A stretch of 64,000 nt of DNA from Candidatus Yanofskybacteria bacterium RIFCSPHIGHO2_01_FULL_44_24. GTDB taxonomy: Bacteria > Patescibacteriota > Minisyncoccia > 2-02-FULL-40-12 > GWA2-44-9. This document shows, one piece after another, positions 9,714 through 18,790 of this stretch. The stretch lies in the NCBI GenBank assembly GCA_001794215.1, contig MGJK01000011.1, positions 3,170 through 67,169 on the forward strand, read 5' to 3'. Every line of letters begins with the position of its first letter. The stretch's first letter is position 1. The position numbers were made by a program, and so were the translations under genes. The notes below the pieces were generated by a model. It was given only the letters and a program-made list of their open reading frames with translations, made no database searches and was not told the DNA's origin.

Positions 9714-9968
9714 TTATTCCGCCTTGCTGATTATCACCCATCTCTTATCCTTGGACATCGGCTTGGTCTCGCTCATAAAAACCTGATCGCCGGTATGATA
9801 AGTATTCTCGGGGTTATGAGCTTTGAATCTCCTTGAAACTTTAAAATACTTCTTGTACTTGGGGTGTTTTTTCAAACGCAAGACTTCCACAACGGCTGTC
9901 TTCTGCATCTTATCTGATACGACCGTCCCCTTAAGCACTCTCGGTTTTGAATTAGTATTTTGATCCAT
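9714..9968 (-). CDS. rpsQ: 30S ribosomal protein S17
   Basis: GTVVSDKMQKT, HPKYKK, ETKPMSKDKRW. Confidence 0.97.
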   Translation of the reverse strand: MDQNTNSKPRVLKGTVVSDKMQKTAVVEVLRLKKHPKYKKYFKVSRRFKAHNPENTYHTGDQVFMSETKPMSKDKRWVIISKAE

Positions 9969-9980
9969 TTAGATTTTTGA

Positions 9981-10169
9981 TTAAGATTTTAATTGCTTAA
10001 AAGCAGTTAAAATTCTGGCTATATCTTTTTTTGTCTTATTTACAACGCTGAAATCCTTAAGTTTTTTGTCGGCCAATTCGAACCTGAACTTCAAAAGCTT
10101 AGCTCTTAATTCATTCAACAACTTTGATAACTCTTCGCCTGTTTTTTGTTTTAATTCATCTGCTTTCAT
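9981..10169 (-). CDS. rpmC: 50S ribosomal protein L29
   Basis: MKADEL..., KKDIARILT; synteny. Confidence 0.93.
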   Translation of the reverse strand: MKADELKQKTGEELSKLLNELRAKLLKFRFELADKKLKDFSVVNKTKKDIARILTAFKQLKS

Positions 10170-10247
10170 TATATGCTTAAAGCTCAATGACTAATGTGAC
10201 TAAGGCTATAACCGATCTGGCTTTAGTCTTTAGACTTTTAGCCGTGG
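10170..10247. repeat. Heptamer-arm intergenic hairpin (family C: CTAAGGC / CTTTAGT)
   Basis: GGCTTTAGTCTTTAGACTTTTAGC shared with 13927-13993; related at 18713-18790, 22574-22660, 62505-62585. Confidence 0.75.
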
Positions 10248-10652
10248 CTATCGTTTCACGATTCTTGTTTTTAGGGGCAATTTATGGGAACCCAACCGCA
10301 AAGCCTCTTTAGCGTCGGCCTCAGAAACGCCGTCGATCTCGAATATTATCTTACCAGCCTCAACCGGTACAATAAAGTGCGAAAGGCCTCCCTTGCCTCC
10401 ACCCATACCCACCTCGGCGCTCTTAGCGGTCCTGGGCTTATCCGGAAATACTCTGGTCCATATTTTACCGCCCCTTTGAACAAATCGAGCCATAACCTTT
10501 CTGGCGGATTCTAACTGATTGGCCTTAACCCAAGATGATTCCCCCGCTTTAAGACCAAACGTACCGAAGCTTAACTCAACGCCTCTTGTGGCGCGCGCTT
10601 TCAACTTGCCTCGATGCACCTTCGGATGTTGTATTCTGGCTGGCTGTAGCAT
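10248..10652 (-). CDS. rplP: 50S ribosomal protein L16
   Basis: MLQP, QLESAR, GKIWTRVFPD, MGGGKG, HKLP. Confidence 0.98.
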   Translation of the reverse strand: MLQPARIQHPKVHRGKLKARATRGVELSFGTFGLKAGESSWVKANQLESARKVMARFVQRGGKIWTRVFPDKPRTAKSAEVGMGGGKGGLSHFIVPVEAGKIIFEIDGVSEADAKEALRLGSHKLPLKTRIVKR

Positions 10653-10768
10653 GGCTTCGCTAAATTAAAAGTTAAAAGTTAAAAATGAAAAATTCAGGAA
10701 ATTCAAAATTTTCCTTGGGGAAATTTTGAATAACATTAATTTTGATTTTTGATCTTTGCATTTTGATA
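10653..10768. repeat. Heptamer-arm intergenic hairpin (family A)
   Basis: Near-identical to 13410-13527 and 14630-14745. Confidence 0.9.
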
Positions 10769-11407
10769 TTACTTATCAAAGACTTCACCTTTATATATCC
10801 AAACCTTAACGCCTACCGTGCCATATGTAGTATGGGCGGTAGCTTTAGCAAAATCGATATTAGCCCTAAGCGTCTGCAGCGGTAAATTCCCCTCTTCAAG
10901 ATGCTCCGATCTTGCTATTTCTGAACCGTCAAGACGGCCGCCCATCTGAAGCTTGGCTCCCTTGGCTTGCTTATTAGACAATATCTTCGCAAGGGTCTGC
11001 TTAAGAATTCGCCGATAGGGAATCCTCTTCTCCACCTGGTCAACCATAGATTCGGCCATTATCTGAGCTGATAACTCTGGGCTTTTTATCTCTTGAATCT
11101 CTATCCTTACCGAAACTTTATCTTTAAGAAGTCGCTGAACGGCTTTTTTAATATCTTCCACTCCTCCACCGCCTCGTCCTATCAAAAGACCGGGCCTGGC
11201 AGTATGAATAATTATACTTAAGGCATCACTGCCCCTTTCAATCTCTATCTTATCAATACTCATGTTCCTGAGCTTTGATTCTAAAAAGGTTCGGACTTTC
11301 AAATCGTCTTTAAGATAAGGGACGTATTTTCGCCCACCAAACCATCGGGACAGCCAGTCCTTATTAATGCCGAGTCGTAATGATGTTGGTGATATTTTTT
11401 GTCCCAT
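10769..11407 (-). CDS. rpsC: 30S ribosomal protein S3
   Basis: MGQKISP, ARPGLLIGRGG, GRLDGSEIAR, PLQTLRANID, GVKVWI. Confidence 0.98.
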   Translation of the reverse strand: MGQKISPTSLRLGINKDWLSRWFGGRKYVPYLKDDLKVRTFLESKLRNMSIDKIEIERGSDALSIIIHTARPGLLIGRGGGGVEDIKKAVQRLLKDKVSVRIEIQEIKSPELSAQIMAESMVDQVEKRIPYRRILKQTLAKILSNKQAKGAKLQMGGRLDGSEIARSEHLEEGNLPLQTLRANIDFAKATAHTTYGTVGVKVWIYKGEVFDK

Positions 11408-11529
11408 AATCGCTTCGCTAAATTTAAAATTTAAAAATCATAGTTAAAAATTATTGAAATTCAAAACTTTGTTAACAAAGTTTTGAGTAACCTGAATTTT
11501 ACATTTTGACATTTGCATTTTGATATTCT
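11408..11529. repeat. Heptamer-arm intergenic hairpin (family A)
   Basis: CGCTTCGCTAAATTT arm, TCAAAACTTTGTTAACAAAGTTTTGA core, TTTTGAC/TTTGCAT arm. Confidence 0.85.
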
Positions 11530-12036
11530 TTACACCGACTTTCTCTGAAATAATTTTCTACCCATATTAAATACTCCCTTCTTCGATCCTATTTCCCTTT
11601 TAATTTCGTGCTTTTTCTCTTCAGCGTGATGAGCCTCAGTACTCAATTCTTCTTTATGCTTAGCGTCCTGCTCCTTAGTTTTACTGCGCTTGAGACCGGG
11701 AACCCTCTCATCCAAAACTATCGTAACATGGCTTGTCTTTTTCTGGATCGGCTCAGCTCTTCCGAAGCCCTTGGCTCTGAATCGTTTCAACTTTATACCT
11801 TCATTAACAAAGAATTTCTTAACGTAAAGATTATCTCTTACCATCCCGAAACTGTTCTCGGCATTAGCAATAGCGGAGTTAAGAAGTTTTCTAAGATTAT
11901 CGGCCGGTTTCCTAATGAATACCTCGAGCTGATTCAGGGCGTCAACGGCACTCTTTCCTTTGACCAAATTAACCACCGCCCTGACTTTTCTGGGCGCTAT
12001 CCTTAATCTGTTTAATTTTGCGGTGACTTCGGTCAT
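11530..12036 (-). CDS. rplV: 50S ribosomal protein L22 with C-terminal extension
   Basis: RIAPRKVR, SAIANAEN, KKTSHVTIVL. Confidence 0.96.
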   Translation of the reverse strand: MTEVTAKLNRLRIAPRKVRAVVNLVKGKSAVDALNQLEVFIRKPADNLRKLLNSAIANAENSFGMVRDNLYVKKFFVNEGIKLKRFRAKGFGRAEPIQKKTSHVTIVLDERVPGLKRSKTKEQDAKHKEELSTEAHHAEEKKHEIKREIGSKKGVFNMGRKLFQRKSV

Positions 12037-12125
12037 AAATAAACTATCACTTAATCAAGGAACAATGAACATACAGCCCCCCTAATCAATTGTTTTTATG
12101 TTCAAATGTTTCCTGTTTGTATGTT

Positions 12126-12482
12126 TTACTTTTTCGGCGCCGCTGCCTCCGCCGCCGGCGCCGCTTTAGCCGCCTGGGCCGTTTCTATCTCTTTTTGCTT
12201 CTGGGCGGCCTCAAGCTCTCTTTGCATTCTTCCTCCATGCCTTAAGAATTTACGGGTATGGGAAAACTCTCCAAGCTTATGTCCGACCATATCTTCGGTG
12301 ATTAATACCGGGATATGAAATCTCCCGTTGTGCACGCCGAACGTATAGCCTATCATTTCAGGAACGATTGTACAGGCTCTGGACCAGGTCTTAATAACCG
12401 TTTTATCTCCGGCTCTAAGCTTGCTTATCTTCTTAAGCAATTTCTCATCAACGTATGGCCCTTTTTTGAGTGATCGTGACAA
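12126..12482 (-). CDS. rpsS: 30S ribosomal protein S19 with Ala-rich tail
   Basis: [25 protein letters not shown]; TTG start. Confidence 0.97.
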   Translation of the reverse strand: MSRSLKKGPYVDEKLLKKISKLRAGDKTVIKTWSRACTIVPEMIGYTFGVHNGRFHIPVLITEDMVGHKLGEFSHTRKFLRHGGRMQRELEAAQKQKEIETAQAAKAAPAAEAAAPKK

Positions 12483-12584
12483 CTCGGTTTATAAAGTTTG
12501 TAAAGTTATAAAGTTTATAAAGTTTTGTAAATCTGAACTTTTACCTCTCACTTTATGAACGTTATGAACTTGATGAACTTTTAA

Positions 12585-13409
12585 CTATTTAATCCGTCTT
12601 CGTATAATGAACTTATTCGACTTATTCTTCCTGTTTCTGGTTTTTACTCCACCCGTTATTCTGCCCTGAGCGGTCTTCGGTCTTCTAGTTCCCCTACCCT
12701 GTCTTCCTTCACCGCCTCCATAAGGATGATCTACCGGATTCATCGCCGTACCCCTAACCTTCGGTCTTATACCGAGCCAGCGCGACCTCCCGGCTTTTCC
12801 TGAAACAACGGAACTGTGCTCCATATTTGAAACATTGCCTATCGATGCGTAGCATTCCTCCGAAATCATTCTTGTTTCTGAAGAAGGCATGACCAATTGA
12901 ACATATCCTCCTTCGCTTGCCAAAACCGTAGCGCCGTTCCCGGCCGATCTCACCATTTTCCCGCCGCTACCAGGAAATGGTTCTATATTATGAACTATAG
13001 AGCCTTGGGGAATATTTTTGAGCTTCATCCTATTCCCGGGCTTAAGCGGTGCTTTTTCAGATGTAATGATTTTATCTCCCGGTTTAAGATCCTGGGGTGC
13101 AATGATGTATCTCTTTTCGCCATCGGCGAAGTGAAGACGGGCAATTCGGGCATTTCTGTTTGGATCATATTCTAAGGAAAAAACGGTAGCCGGAATATTA
13201 AATTTATCCTGCTTGAAATCAACGAGACGATATTGTTTCTTGGCTCCTCCGCCACGATGACCGGCGGTAATTCTTCCCTGGTTATTCCTTCCCCCGGTTC
13301 TTTTAAGATGCTCCTTCAAAAACCTTAAAGGCTCAGTCTTGGTTAATTGAGAAAAGTCCGGTCCTATCATGTGTCGCCTTGAAGGCGTTGTCGGCTTGTA
13401 ATACTTCAT
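12585..13409 (-). CDS. rplB: 50S ribosomal protein L2
   Basis: GRNNQGRIT, EYDPNR, AMNPVDHPYGGGEG. Confidence 0.98.
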   Translation of the reverse strand: MKYYKPTTPSRRHMIGPDFSQLTKTEPLRFLKEHLKRTGGRNNQGRITAGHRGGGAKKQYRLVDFKQDKFNIPATVFSLEYDPNRNARIARLHFADGEKRYIIAPQDLKPGDKIITSEKAPLKPGNRMKLKNIPQGSIVHNIEPFPGSGGKMVRSAGNGATVLASEGGYVQLVMPSSETRMISEECYASIGNVSNMEHSSVVSGKAGRSRWLGIRPKVRGTAMNPVDHPYGGGEGRQGRGTRRPKTAQGRITGGVKTRNRKNKSNKFIIRRRIK

Positions 13410-13527
13410 CGCTTCGCTGAATTAAAAATTAAAAGTTAAAAATGAAAAATTCAGGAAATTCAAAATTTTCTTTGGGGAAATTTTGAATAACATTAATTTT
13501 GATTTTTGATATTTGCATTTTGATCTT
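13410..13527. repeat. Heptamer-arm intergenic hairpin (family A)
   Basis: Near-identical to 10653-10768 and 14630-14745. Confidence 0.9.
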
Positions 13528-13926
13528 TTAGGCCTTTGCCTGTTCTATTGTATAACCCTTTTTTAAAACTACGATTGCTTTCTTAAATCCTGATCTGAAT
13601 CCCGGATGCCTGCCCAAATCTTTTCGTTTCTGGGGCATATTTAAAATCTTAACGTCCTTCACCTTAACATTGAATAATTTTTCAACCTTTTCTCTGATCT
13701 GGGTTTTATTCGCATCAGGAAAAACTTTGAAAATATACTGATTATACGGAGCAATCAATGCCGATTTCTCGCTTATATAAATACTCTTGATAACACGGTA
13801 AGCATCGGAGTTGTCGGCTGAAATATGATCCGATAAGCTTCCCCCGGATGCAGATTCTTCCTGATTTTTTAATTCAGTTTCCTCGGATTGATCCTTTTTG
13901 GGTTTTTTGCTGAATAAGGCGGACAT
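13528..13926 (-). CDS. rplW: 50S ribosomal protein L23 with N-terminal extension
   Basis: ISEKS, ANKTQI..KVEKLFNVKV, KKAIVVL. Confidence 0.94.
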   Translation of the reverse strand: MSALFSKKPKKDQSEETELKNQEESASGGSLSDHISADNSDAYRVIKSIYISEKSALIAPYNQYIFKVFPDANKTQIREKVEKLFNVKVKDVKILNMPQKRKDLGRHPGFRSGFKKAIVVLKKGYTIEQAKA

Positions 13927-13993
13927 TTGTCTATGGCTTCAGGTCTAAGGCTTAAAGCAATGGGGCTTTAGTCTTTAGACTTTTAGCTATTAG

Positions 13994-14629
13994 CTATTTA
14001 CTAAAGTATGTCAATGAATCTTTCGTCATTAAAAGATATCTGCTGCCAAGAACGGCGGCTGCATTCAAATTCCTTGCCTCATAAACATCGGTTCGGGGAA
14101 TATTCCTTGAGGCTATCTTAATATCATTTTTGCTGTCGCTTGGAACAACTATCATCATGGATTGGTTCTTTTTTTCGACAAACAAATTTAAAACTGCCCT
14201 GGTAACCGCCGCCATTTCTCTTGTCTTCCTGTTCTCAAGCTTAATATCATCCAAAACTATAATCTGGCCGTCTCGAGCTTTAGCTGACAACGCAGTAAAC
14301 AAAGCTTTTTTGGCCATTTTCTTATTTATTTTTTTCTTAAAAATCCTCTCTTTAGTCGGACCGCCGGTAACTCCTCCGCCCTTCCAGATCGGAGATCGTA
14401 TAGAACCGTGACGGGCCCTACCGGTTCCTTTCTGTCTCCAGGGCTTCTTTCCACCGCCACGCACCTCTCCCCTTCCTTTGGTATGGGCGATCGTCTGTCT
14501 TTGGTTGGCTATCTGAGAAGTTACAACCTGATGCAGTAAATCTTTATTCATCTCCAAATTAAAAACCTGATCTACGAGATCAATCTGTCCGACTTTCTCT
14601 GCTTTTTGATTATACAGCGGCAATTTCAT
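13994..14629 (-). CDS. rplD: 50S ribosomal protein L4
   Basis: TKGRGEVRGGGKKPWRQKGTGRARHGSIRSP. Confidence 0.98.
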   Translation of the reverse strand: MKLPLYNQKAEKVGQIDLVDQVFNLEMNKDLLHQVVTSQIANQRQTIAHTKGRGEVRGGGKKPWRQKGTGRARHGSIRSPIWKGGGVTGGPTKERIFKKKINKKMAKKALFTALSAKARDGQIIVLDDIKLENRKTREMAAVTRAVLNLFVEKKNQSMMIVVPSDSKNDIKIASRNIPRTDVYEARNLNAAAVLGSRYLLMTKDSLTYFSK

Positions 14630-14745
14630 CGCTTCGCTAAATTAAAAATTAAAAGTTAAAAATGAAAAATTCAGGAAATTCAAAATTTTCCTTGGGAAAA
14701 TTTTGAATTTCATTAATTTTGATTTTTGATCTTTGCATTTTGATC
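14630..14745. repeat. Heptamer-arm intergenic hairpin (family A)
   Basis: 16-bp perfect core AAATTCAAAATTTTCC/GGAAAATTTTGAATTT plus 7-nt periodic arms. Confidence 0.9.
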
Positions 14746-15354
14746 TTATTGTGTTTGGACCATAACTACTCCCCCATTATTACCGGGAACCGCTCCCTTT
14801 ACCGCTAAAAGTCCTTTTTCCTCATCTATCGCCACAACTCGAAGACCTCTGACGGTAAATTTATCATTTCCCATCCTACCGGGCATCCTCATACCTTTTA
14901 AAGTATGCTGAGGAAATCTTTGTCCGATTGAACCGGCATGACGCATTACAGAATGATGGCCGTGACTGGCAGGCATACCGGAGAATCCATGTCTTTTTAC
15001 CACGCCCTGAAAACCTTTTCCTTTAGTCATCCCCGTAACCTTCACCAAATCGCCGACGGCGAAGAGAGAAACATTGAGCTTATCTCCGCGCTTTAGCTCT
15101 CCGGGAGTAGTTCTGAATTCTTTTAAGACTTTGAAAGTTCCCAAGTCCTTGGTATGTCCTTTCTGAGCCTTGGTCACGTTTTTTTCCTTTCTTTTTCCGA
15201 ATCCAACCTGAACACCTTCGTATTTATCTTTTTCCTTCGTTCTAATCTGAACCACAGTATTCGTTTCCGCCTCAATAACCGTCACCGGAGTGACGTCACC
15301 TTTATCATCATATATCTGGGACATGCCCATTTTTTTACCTAATATGAACTTCAT
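14746..15354 (-). CDS. rplC: 50S ribosomal protein L3
   Basis: GKKMGMSQ, KGKGFQGVVKRHGF, GAVPG. Confidence 0.98.
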   Translation of the reverse strand: MKFILGKKMGMSQIYDDKGDVTPVTVIEAETNTVVQIRTKEKDKYEGVQVGFGKRKEKNVTKAQKGHTKDLGTFKVLKEFRTTPGELKRGDKLNVSLFAVGDLVKVTGMTKGKGFQGVVKRHGFSGMPASHGHHSVMRHAGSIGQRFPQHTLKGMRMPGRMGNDKFTVRGLRVVAIDEEKGLLAVKGAVPGNNGGVVMVQTQ

Positions 15355-15363
15355 AGCTAAAAC

Positions 15364-15594
15364 TTATAATCCTCTTTCTAAAATACTATTGTAAATCTTT
15401 AATAACTCTTCTTTATCATCCGATCTTTCTATTAATTCATGAACTACTTGAATAGTCCTGCTTGGAACCATAAAAACTCCTCTTCCAAAACTCCGTATAG
15501 CGCTCCTTTCTTCATCATTAACGGCTAAATCCGACAGCCTTTTAGTCAGCTTGTCTCTTTCGGACTTTGTTTTATCTACTAGTTCTCTTTCCAT
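15364..15594 (-). CDS. Hypothetical protein
   Basis: ORF from MERELVDK ending 10 nt before rplC. Confidence 0.45.
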   Translation of the reverse strand: MERELVDKTKSERDKLTKRLSDLAVNDEERSAIRSFGRGVFMVPSRTIQVVHELIERSDDKEELLKIYNSILERGL

Positions 15595-15840
15595 TTTCCA
15601 CAAAAAACACCGGACTAGCCGGTGCAACCTAAGCTAATCTTAACAACTTATCTATTAAATGGTTCTATATTGATTTAAAACCAATCTTGATTATTTAAGG
15701 CATCATACCAATAATGAATTTTTAGTAAACCACTGGGCGCGGGAGGATTCCTCCTCCGGCCTTTCGTGGATAAATTCTACTATCGATTACTACCTTATTC
15801 TCTCGTCCCGTTCTTTGAGGCGAGAAGTAAGGGAATAATT

Positions 15841-16158
15841 TTAAAGTCTTTCTTTCAATTTTCCCAGCTTGTACTCAATGGTGTCCAAGGCGTCACGTTG
15901 TTCCAAGAATCTGTCCTGCAAATCGGTTCCCAGAACTTCCTCAGCCTTTAAATCGTTTAAGATCCTACTAATGCTATCCAAGGTCTCTGTCATTTGGCCT
16001 ATAACTTTTTCCGTATCAGTTTGTCCTTCAATTTTTGGTTCTTGGGGTTCTGAGGTTTTATCCGGAATATCTTCCCCTAAATTTCTCACTCTCAATTCTT
16101 CTTCATGCTGTTCAACTGATTCTTCGGGAGTATTTGGTTTTTTAAATTCTTTTGACAT
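15841..16158 (-). CDS. Acidic coiled-coil hypothetical protein
   Basis: ORF from MSKEFKKP; E/K-rich. Confidence 0.55.
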   Translation of the reverse strand: MSKEFKKPNTPEESVEQHEEELRVRNLGEDIPDKTSEPQEPKIEGQTDTEKVIGQMTETLDSISRILNDLKAEEVLGTDLQDRFLEQRDALDTIEYKLGKLKERL

Positions 16159-16209
16159 ATCATTACTTATTGATTTTATACTCATGCCGCCCCAGCACCA
16201 ATCTTTTCT

Positions 16210-16377
16210 TTACTTGTTTTCTTTCAGTTTTTCTGTGTCGCCAAACAATTCATGTCTTGACGTTTTGTGAGGACCTCCGCATGTATCACACACAGGATTT
16301 GTTTTCATTTCTTCTCTTAATTCTTCCTCGGTCTCTGTTTCGGTGGGGTGCTTTTGTTTTGGTTCTTGGAGTTCCAT
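16210..16377 (-). CDS. 55-aa protein with CxxCxxxHxxxxH Zn-knuckle-like motif (not in ORF track)
   Basis: MELQEPKQKHPTETETEEELREEMKTNPVCDTCGGPHKTSRHELFGDTEKLKENK*. Confidence 0.5.
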   Translation of the reverse strand: MELQEPKQKHPTETETEEELREEMKTNPVCDTCGGPHKTSRHELFGDTEKLKENK

Positions 16378-16554
16378 GTTATTTATCCACGAATCCCGGC
16401 CCCATCTGGAGCGACACTCGTAATATTACTTGGTTTATTTTGCAAAACGCCTTCGGCTCTATCTGGTCTTTACTGTCATTCTTGCCCAGATGGAGCGGGA
16501 TAAATTCCGGCAACCAATCGTCCTTCGCTACTGCTCGGACTCTTGGGCCGTCAT

Positions 16555-16887
16555 TTACATCTTTACCTCTATATCAACTCCGGCCGGTAAGTTTAAATTC
16601 ATTAAAGAATCGATTATTTTGGGTGTCGGCGCAGGAACATCAATTATTCTCTTATGGGTTCGCATTTCAAACTGCTCTCGTGAATTCTTATCAATGAAGG
16701 ACGAGCGATTTACGGTGTATTTATTTATTTCCGTAGGCAAGGGAACTGGTCCGGTCGGCTTACCGCCGTTTCTCTCTATCGTCTCGACAATCTGCTGAGC
16801 TGACTTATCGATAATTTTATTATCATAAGCCCGCAGTTTGATGCGTATTCTTTGACTAACCTCTTTTTCTTTTTCTTTTTTCGCCAT
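16555..16887 (-). CDS. rpsJ: 30S ribosomal protein S10
   Basis: [29 protein letters not shown]; start at ATG 16887. Confidence 0.97.
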   Translation of the reverse strand: MAKKEKEKEVSQRIRIKLRAYDNKIIDKSAQQIVETIERNGGKPTGPVPLPTEINKYTVNRSSFIDKNSREQFEMRTHKRIIDVPAPTPKIIDSLMNLNLPAGVDIEVKM

Positions 16888-17042
16888 ACCCAGTATATCA
16901 ACTTCCAATTGCCCTTAGGTTTCTTTTGGAAACCAAGTAATTGAAAACTAAATTAGTTAACATTTTATATACGTTATATTGCTTGCTATCGGCTGGAAAC
17001 CATTTGGAAGTTGTATGACTGGGCATATTCCTAAAGAACTAC

Positions 17043-17068
17043 TCGAGCCCCGCTATAGCGGGGCTCGG
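17043..17068 (-). terminator. Hairpin after tuf
   Basis: CGAGCCCCGC-TATA-GCGGGGCTCG immediately downstream of the tuf stop. Confidence 0.55.
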
Positions 17069-17073
17069 TTTAT

Positions 17074-18276
17074 TTATACGTGAATCTTCGTTACAACTCC
17101 TGCTCCTACTGTTTTACCGCCTTCTCGAATGGCAAATCTCTGTTTCTCTTCCATGGCAATGGGGGCGATAAGTTTAACTTTCAAATTAGCCGTATCTCCG
17201 GGCATGACCATCTCAGTTCCCTCGGGAAGGATAACCTCTCCGGTAACATCCGTGGTTCTGAAATAAAACTGAGGTTTGTATCCCTTAAAGAATGGGGTGT
17301 GCCGTCCTCCCTCTTCCTTAGTCAATACATATATTTCCGCATCAAATTCAGTATGAGGAGTGATGGTTCCCGGCTTTGCCAATACCTGGCCTCTTTCGAT
17401 TTCTTCTTTCTTCGTACCTCGCAAAAGTATACCGGCATTATCGCCAGCCATACCTTCGTCTAACTGCTTATTGAACATTTCGATACCGGTAACAACGGTT
17501 TTAGCGGTCGGCTTCAAACCTACAATCTCGATTTCTTCGTTAAGTTTAACCATGCCTCGCTCAATTCTGCCGGTAACAACGGTTCCTCGGCCTTCGATAG
17601 AGAAAATGTCCTCTACCGGCATCAGGAACGGCTTGTCGGTTTCTCGGACAGGATTAGGAACATACGAATCAAGGCTATCGATCAATTCCTTAACTTTTTT
17701 GACCCACTCATCGTCTTTTGTTTTGCCTTCGAGAGCTTTCAAGCCGGAACCTCTTATAATCGGGGTTTTGTCTCCGGGGAACTGGTATTTATTCAAGAGC
17801 TCTCTGATTTCGGTTTCGACTAAGTCGATCATCTCGGGATCATCAACCTGGTCAACCTTGTTCAAAAATACCAAAAGATAAGGCACGCCAACCTGTCGAG
17901 CAAGAAGAATGTGTTCTCGGGTCTGAGGCATTGGACCGTCAGAAGCAGCAACAACCAAGACAGCCGCATCCATCTGAGCAGCTCCGGTAATCATGTTTTT
18001 AATGTAGTCCTGGTGGCCCGGGGCATCAACATGGGCATAATGCCTCTTCGGAGTTTCATACTCTGAGTGGTGTAAAGCGATTGTAATACCTCGGGCTTTT
18101 TCTTCCGGAGCATTATCAATCTGATCGACTGCTTCGACGCGGGCTCCATAACCTTCGTCTTTGTAAAGATTAAGTGTATGCAAAATAGCCGCGGTAAGAG
18201 TAGTTTTACCGTGGTCAACATGACCGATAGTGCCGACATTCAAGTGCGGCTTAGATCTTTCAAATTTTCCTGCCAT
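17074..18276 (-). CDS. tuf: Elongation factor Tu
   Basis: [29 protein letters not shown]. Confidence 0.99.
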   Translation of the reverse strand: MAGKFERSKPHLNVGTIGHVDHGKTTLTAAILHTLNLYKDEGYGARVEAVDQIDNAPEEKARGITIALHHSEYETPKRHYAHVDAPGHQDYIKNMITGAAQMDAAVLVVAASDGPMPQTREHILLARQVGVPYLLVFLNKVDQVDDPEMIDLVETEIRELLNKYQFPGDKTPIIRGSGLKALEGKTKDDEWVKKVKELIDSLDSYVPNPVRETDKPFLMPVEDIFSIEGRGTVVTGRIERGMVKLNEEIEIVGLKPTAKTVVTGIEMFNKQLDEGMAGDNAGILLRGTKKEEIERGQVLAKPGTITPHTEFDAEIYVLTKEEGGRHTPFFKGYKPQFYFRTTDVTGEVILPEGTEMVMPGDTANLKVKLIAPIAMEEKQRFAIREGGKTVGAGVVTKIHV

Positions 18277-18397
18277 CTGTGTCCCTTACAACTTACAACT
18301 AATGACTTATCCTACTGTATGGCGGATCAGCCGTCGGTTGTTGGTTATTGGTTAAATAGTTAAAACAGCAATATTTATTGTAATCTAAGTATCAAAA

Positions 18398-18712
18398 CTA
18401 GTCAATCCCCGCCGTTCCGGATAATCCCCTCTCTTCGGTTTCTATCTGATTTTTCAACGCTGATATCTCCCGGTTCAATTTCTCCAGCAATTCAGTCTCC
18501 TTAGCGTGAATTCCGTTGCCCAGATGATGCATCTGTTCATTCGTAGCACCATTAGATGTCGAGCTGTTAATTTTAATATCCCTTTCTTCCTTTTCGGAAA
18601 CTAAGTCTCTATAGGTCTTATAATCTATAATAACCATCGAAGGATCGCCATTGTCCAAAACCAAAACAGAGGCGGATTTTTTTATTAGATTCTTAAGTTC
18701 GCTGATGTCCAA
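18398..18712 (-). CDS. Hypothetical protein with Phd/YefM-like N-terminus
   Basis: VLVLDNGDPSMVIIDYKTY resembles the YefM/Phd beta-hairpin; between fusA and tuf. Confidence 0.6.
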   Translation of the reverse strand: MDISELKNLIKKSASVLVLDNGDPSMVIIDYKTYRDLVSEKEERDIKINSSTSNGATNEQMHHLGNGIHAKETELLEKLNREISALKNQIETEERGLSGTAGID

Positions 18713-18790
18713 CGAATGTCTAAAGTCTAAAGACTAAAGTCTAAAGCCAGAAATTTAAGCCTTAATCCTTGGTCTTTTTGCCTTAAGCTA

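Noticed and set aside
4718-14745. CRISPR array suggested by recurring repeats
   Set aside because: Repeats are separated by whole genes rather than ~30-40-nt spacers, and there are no cas genes.
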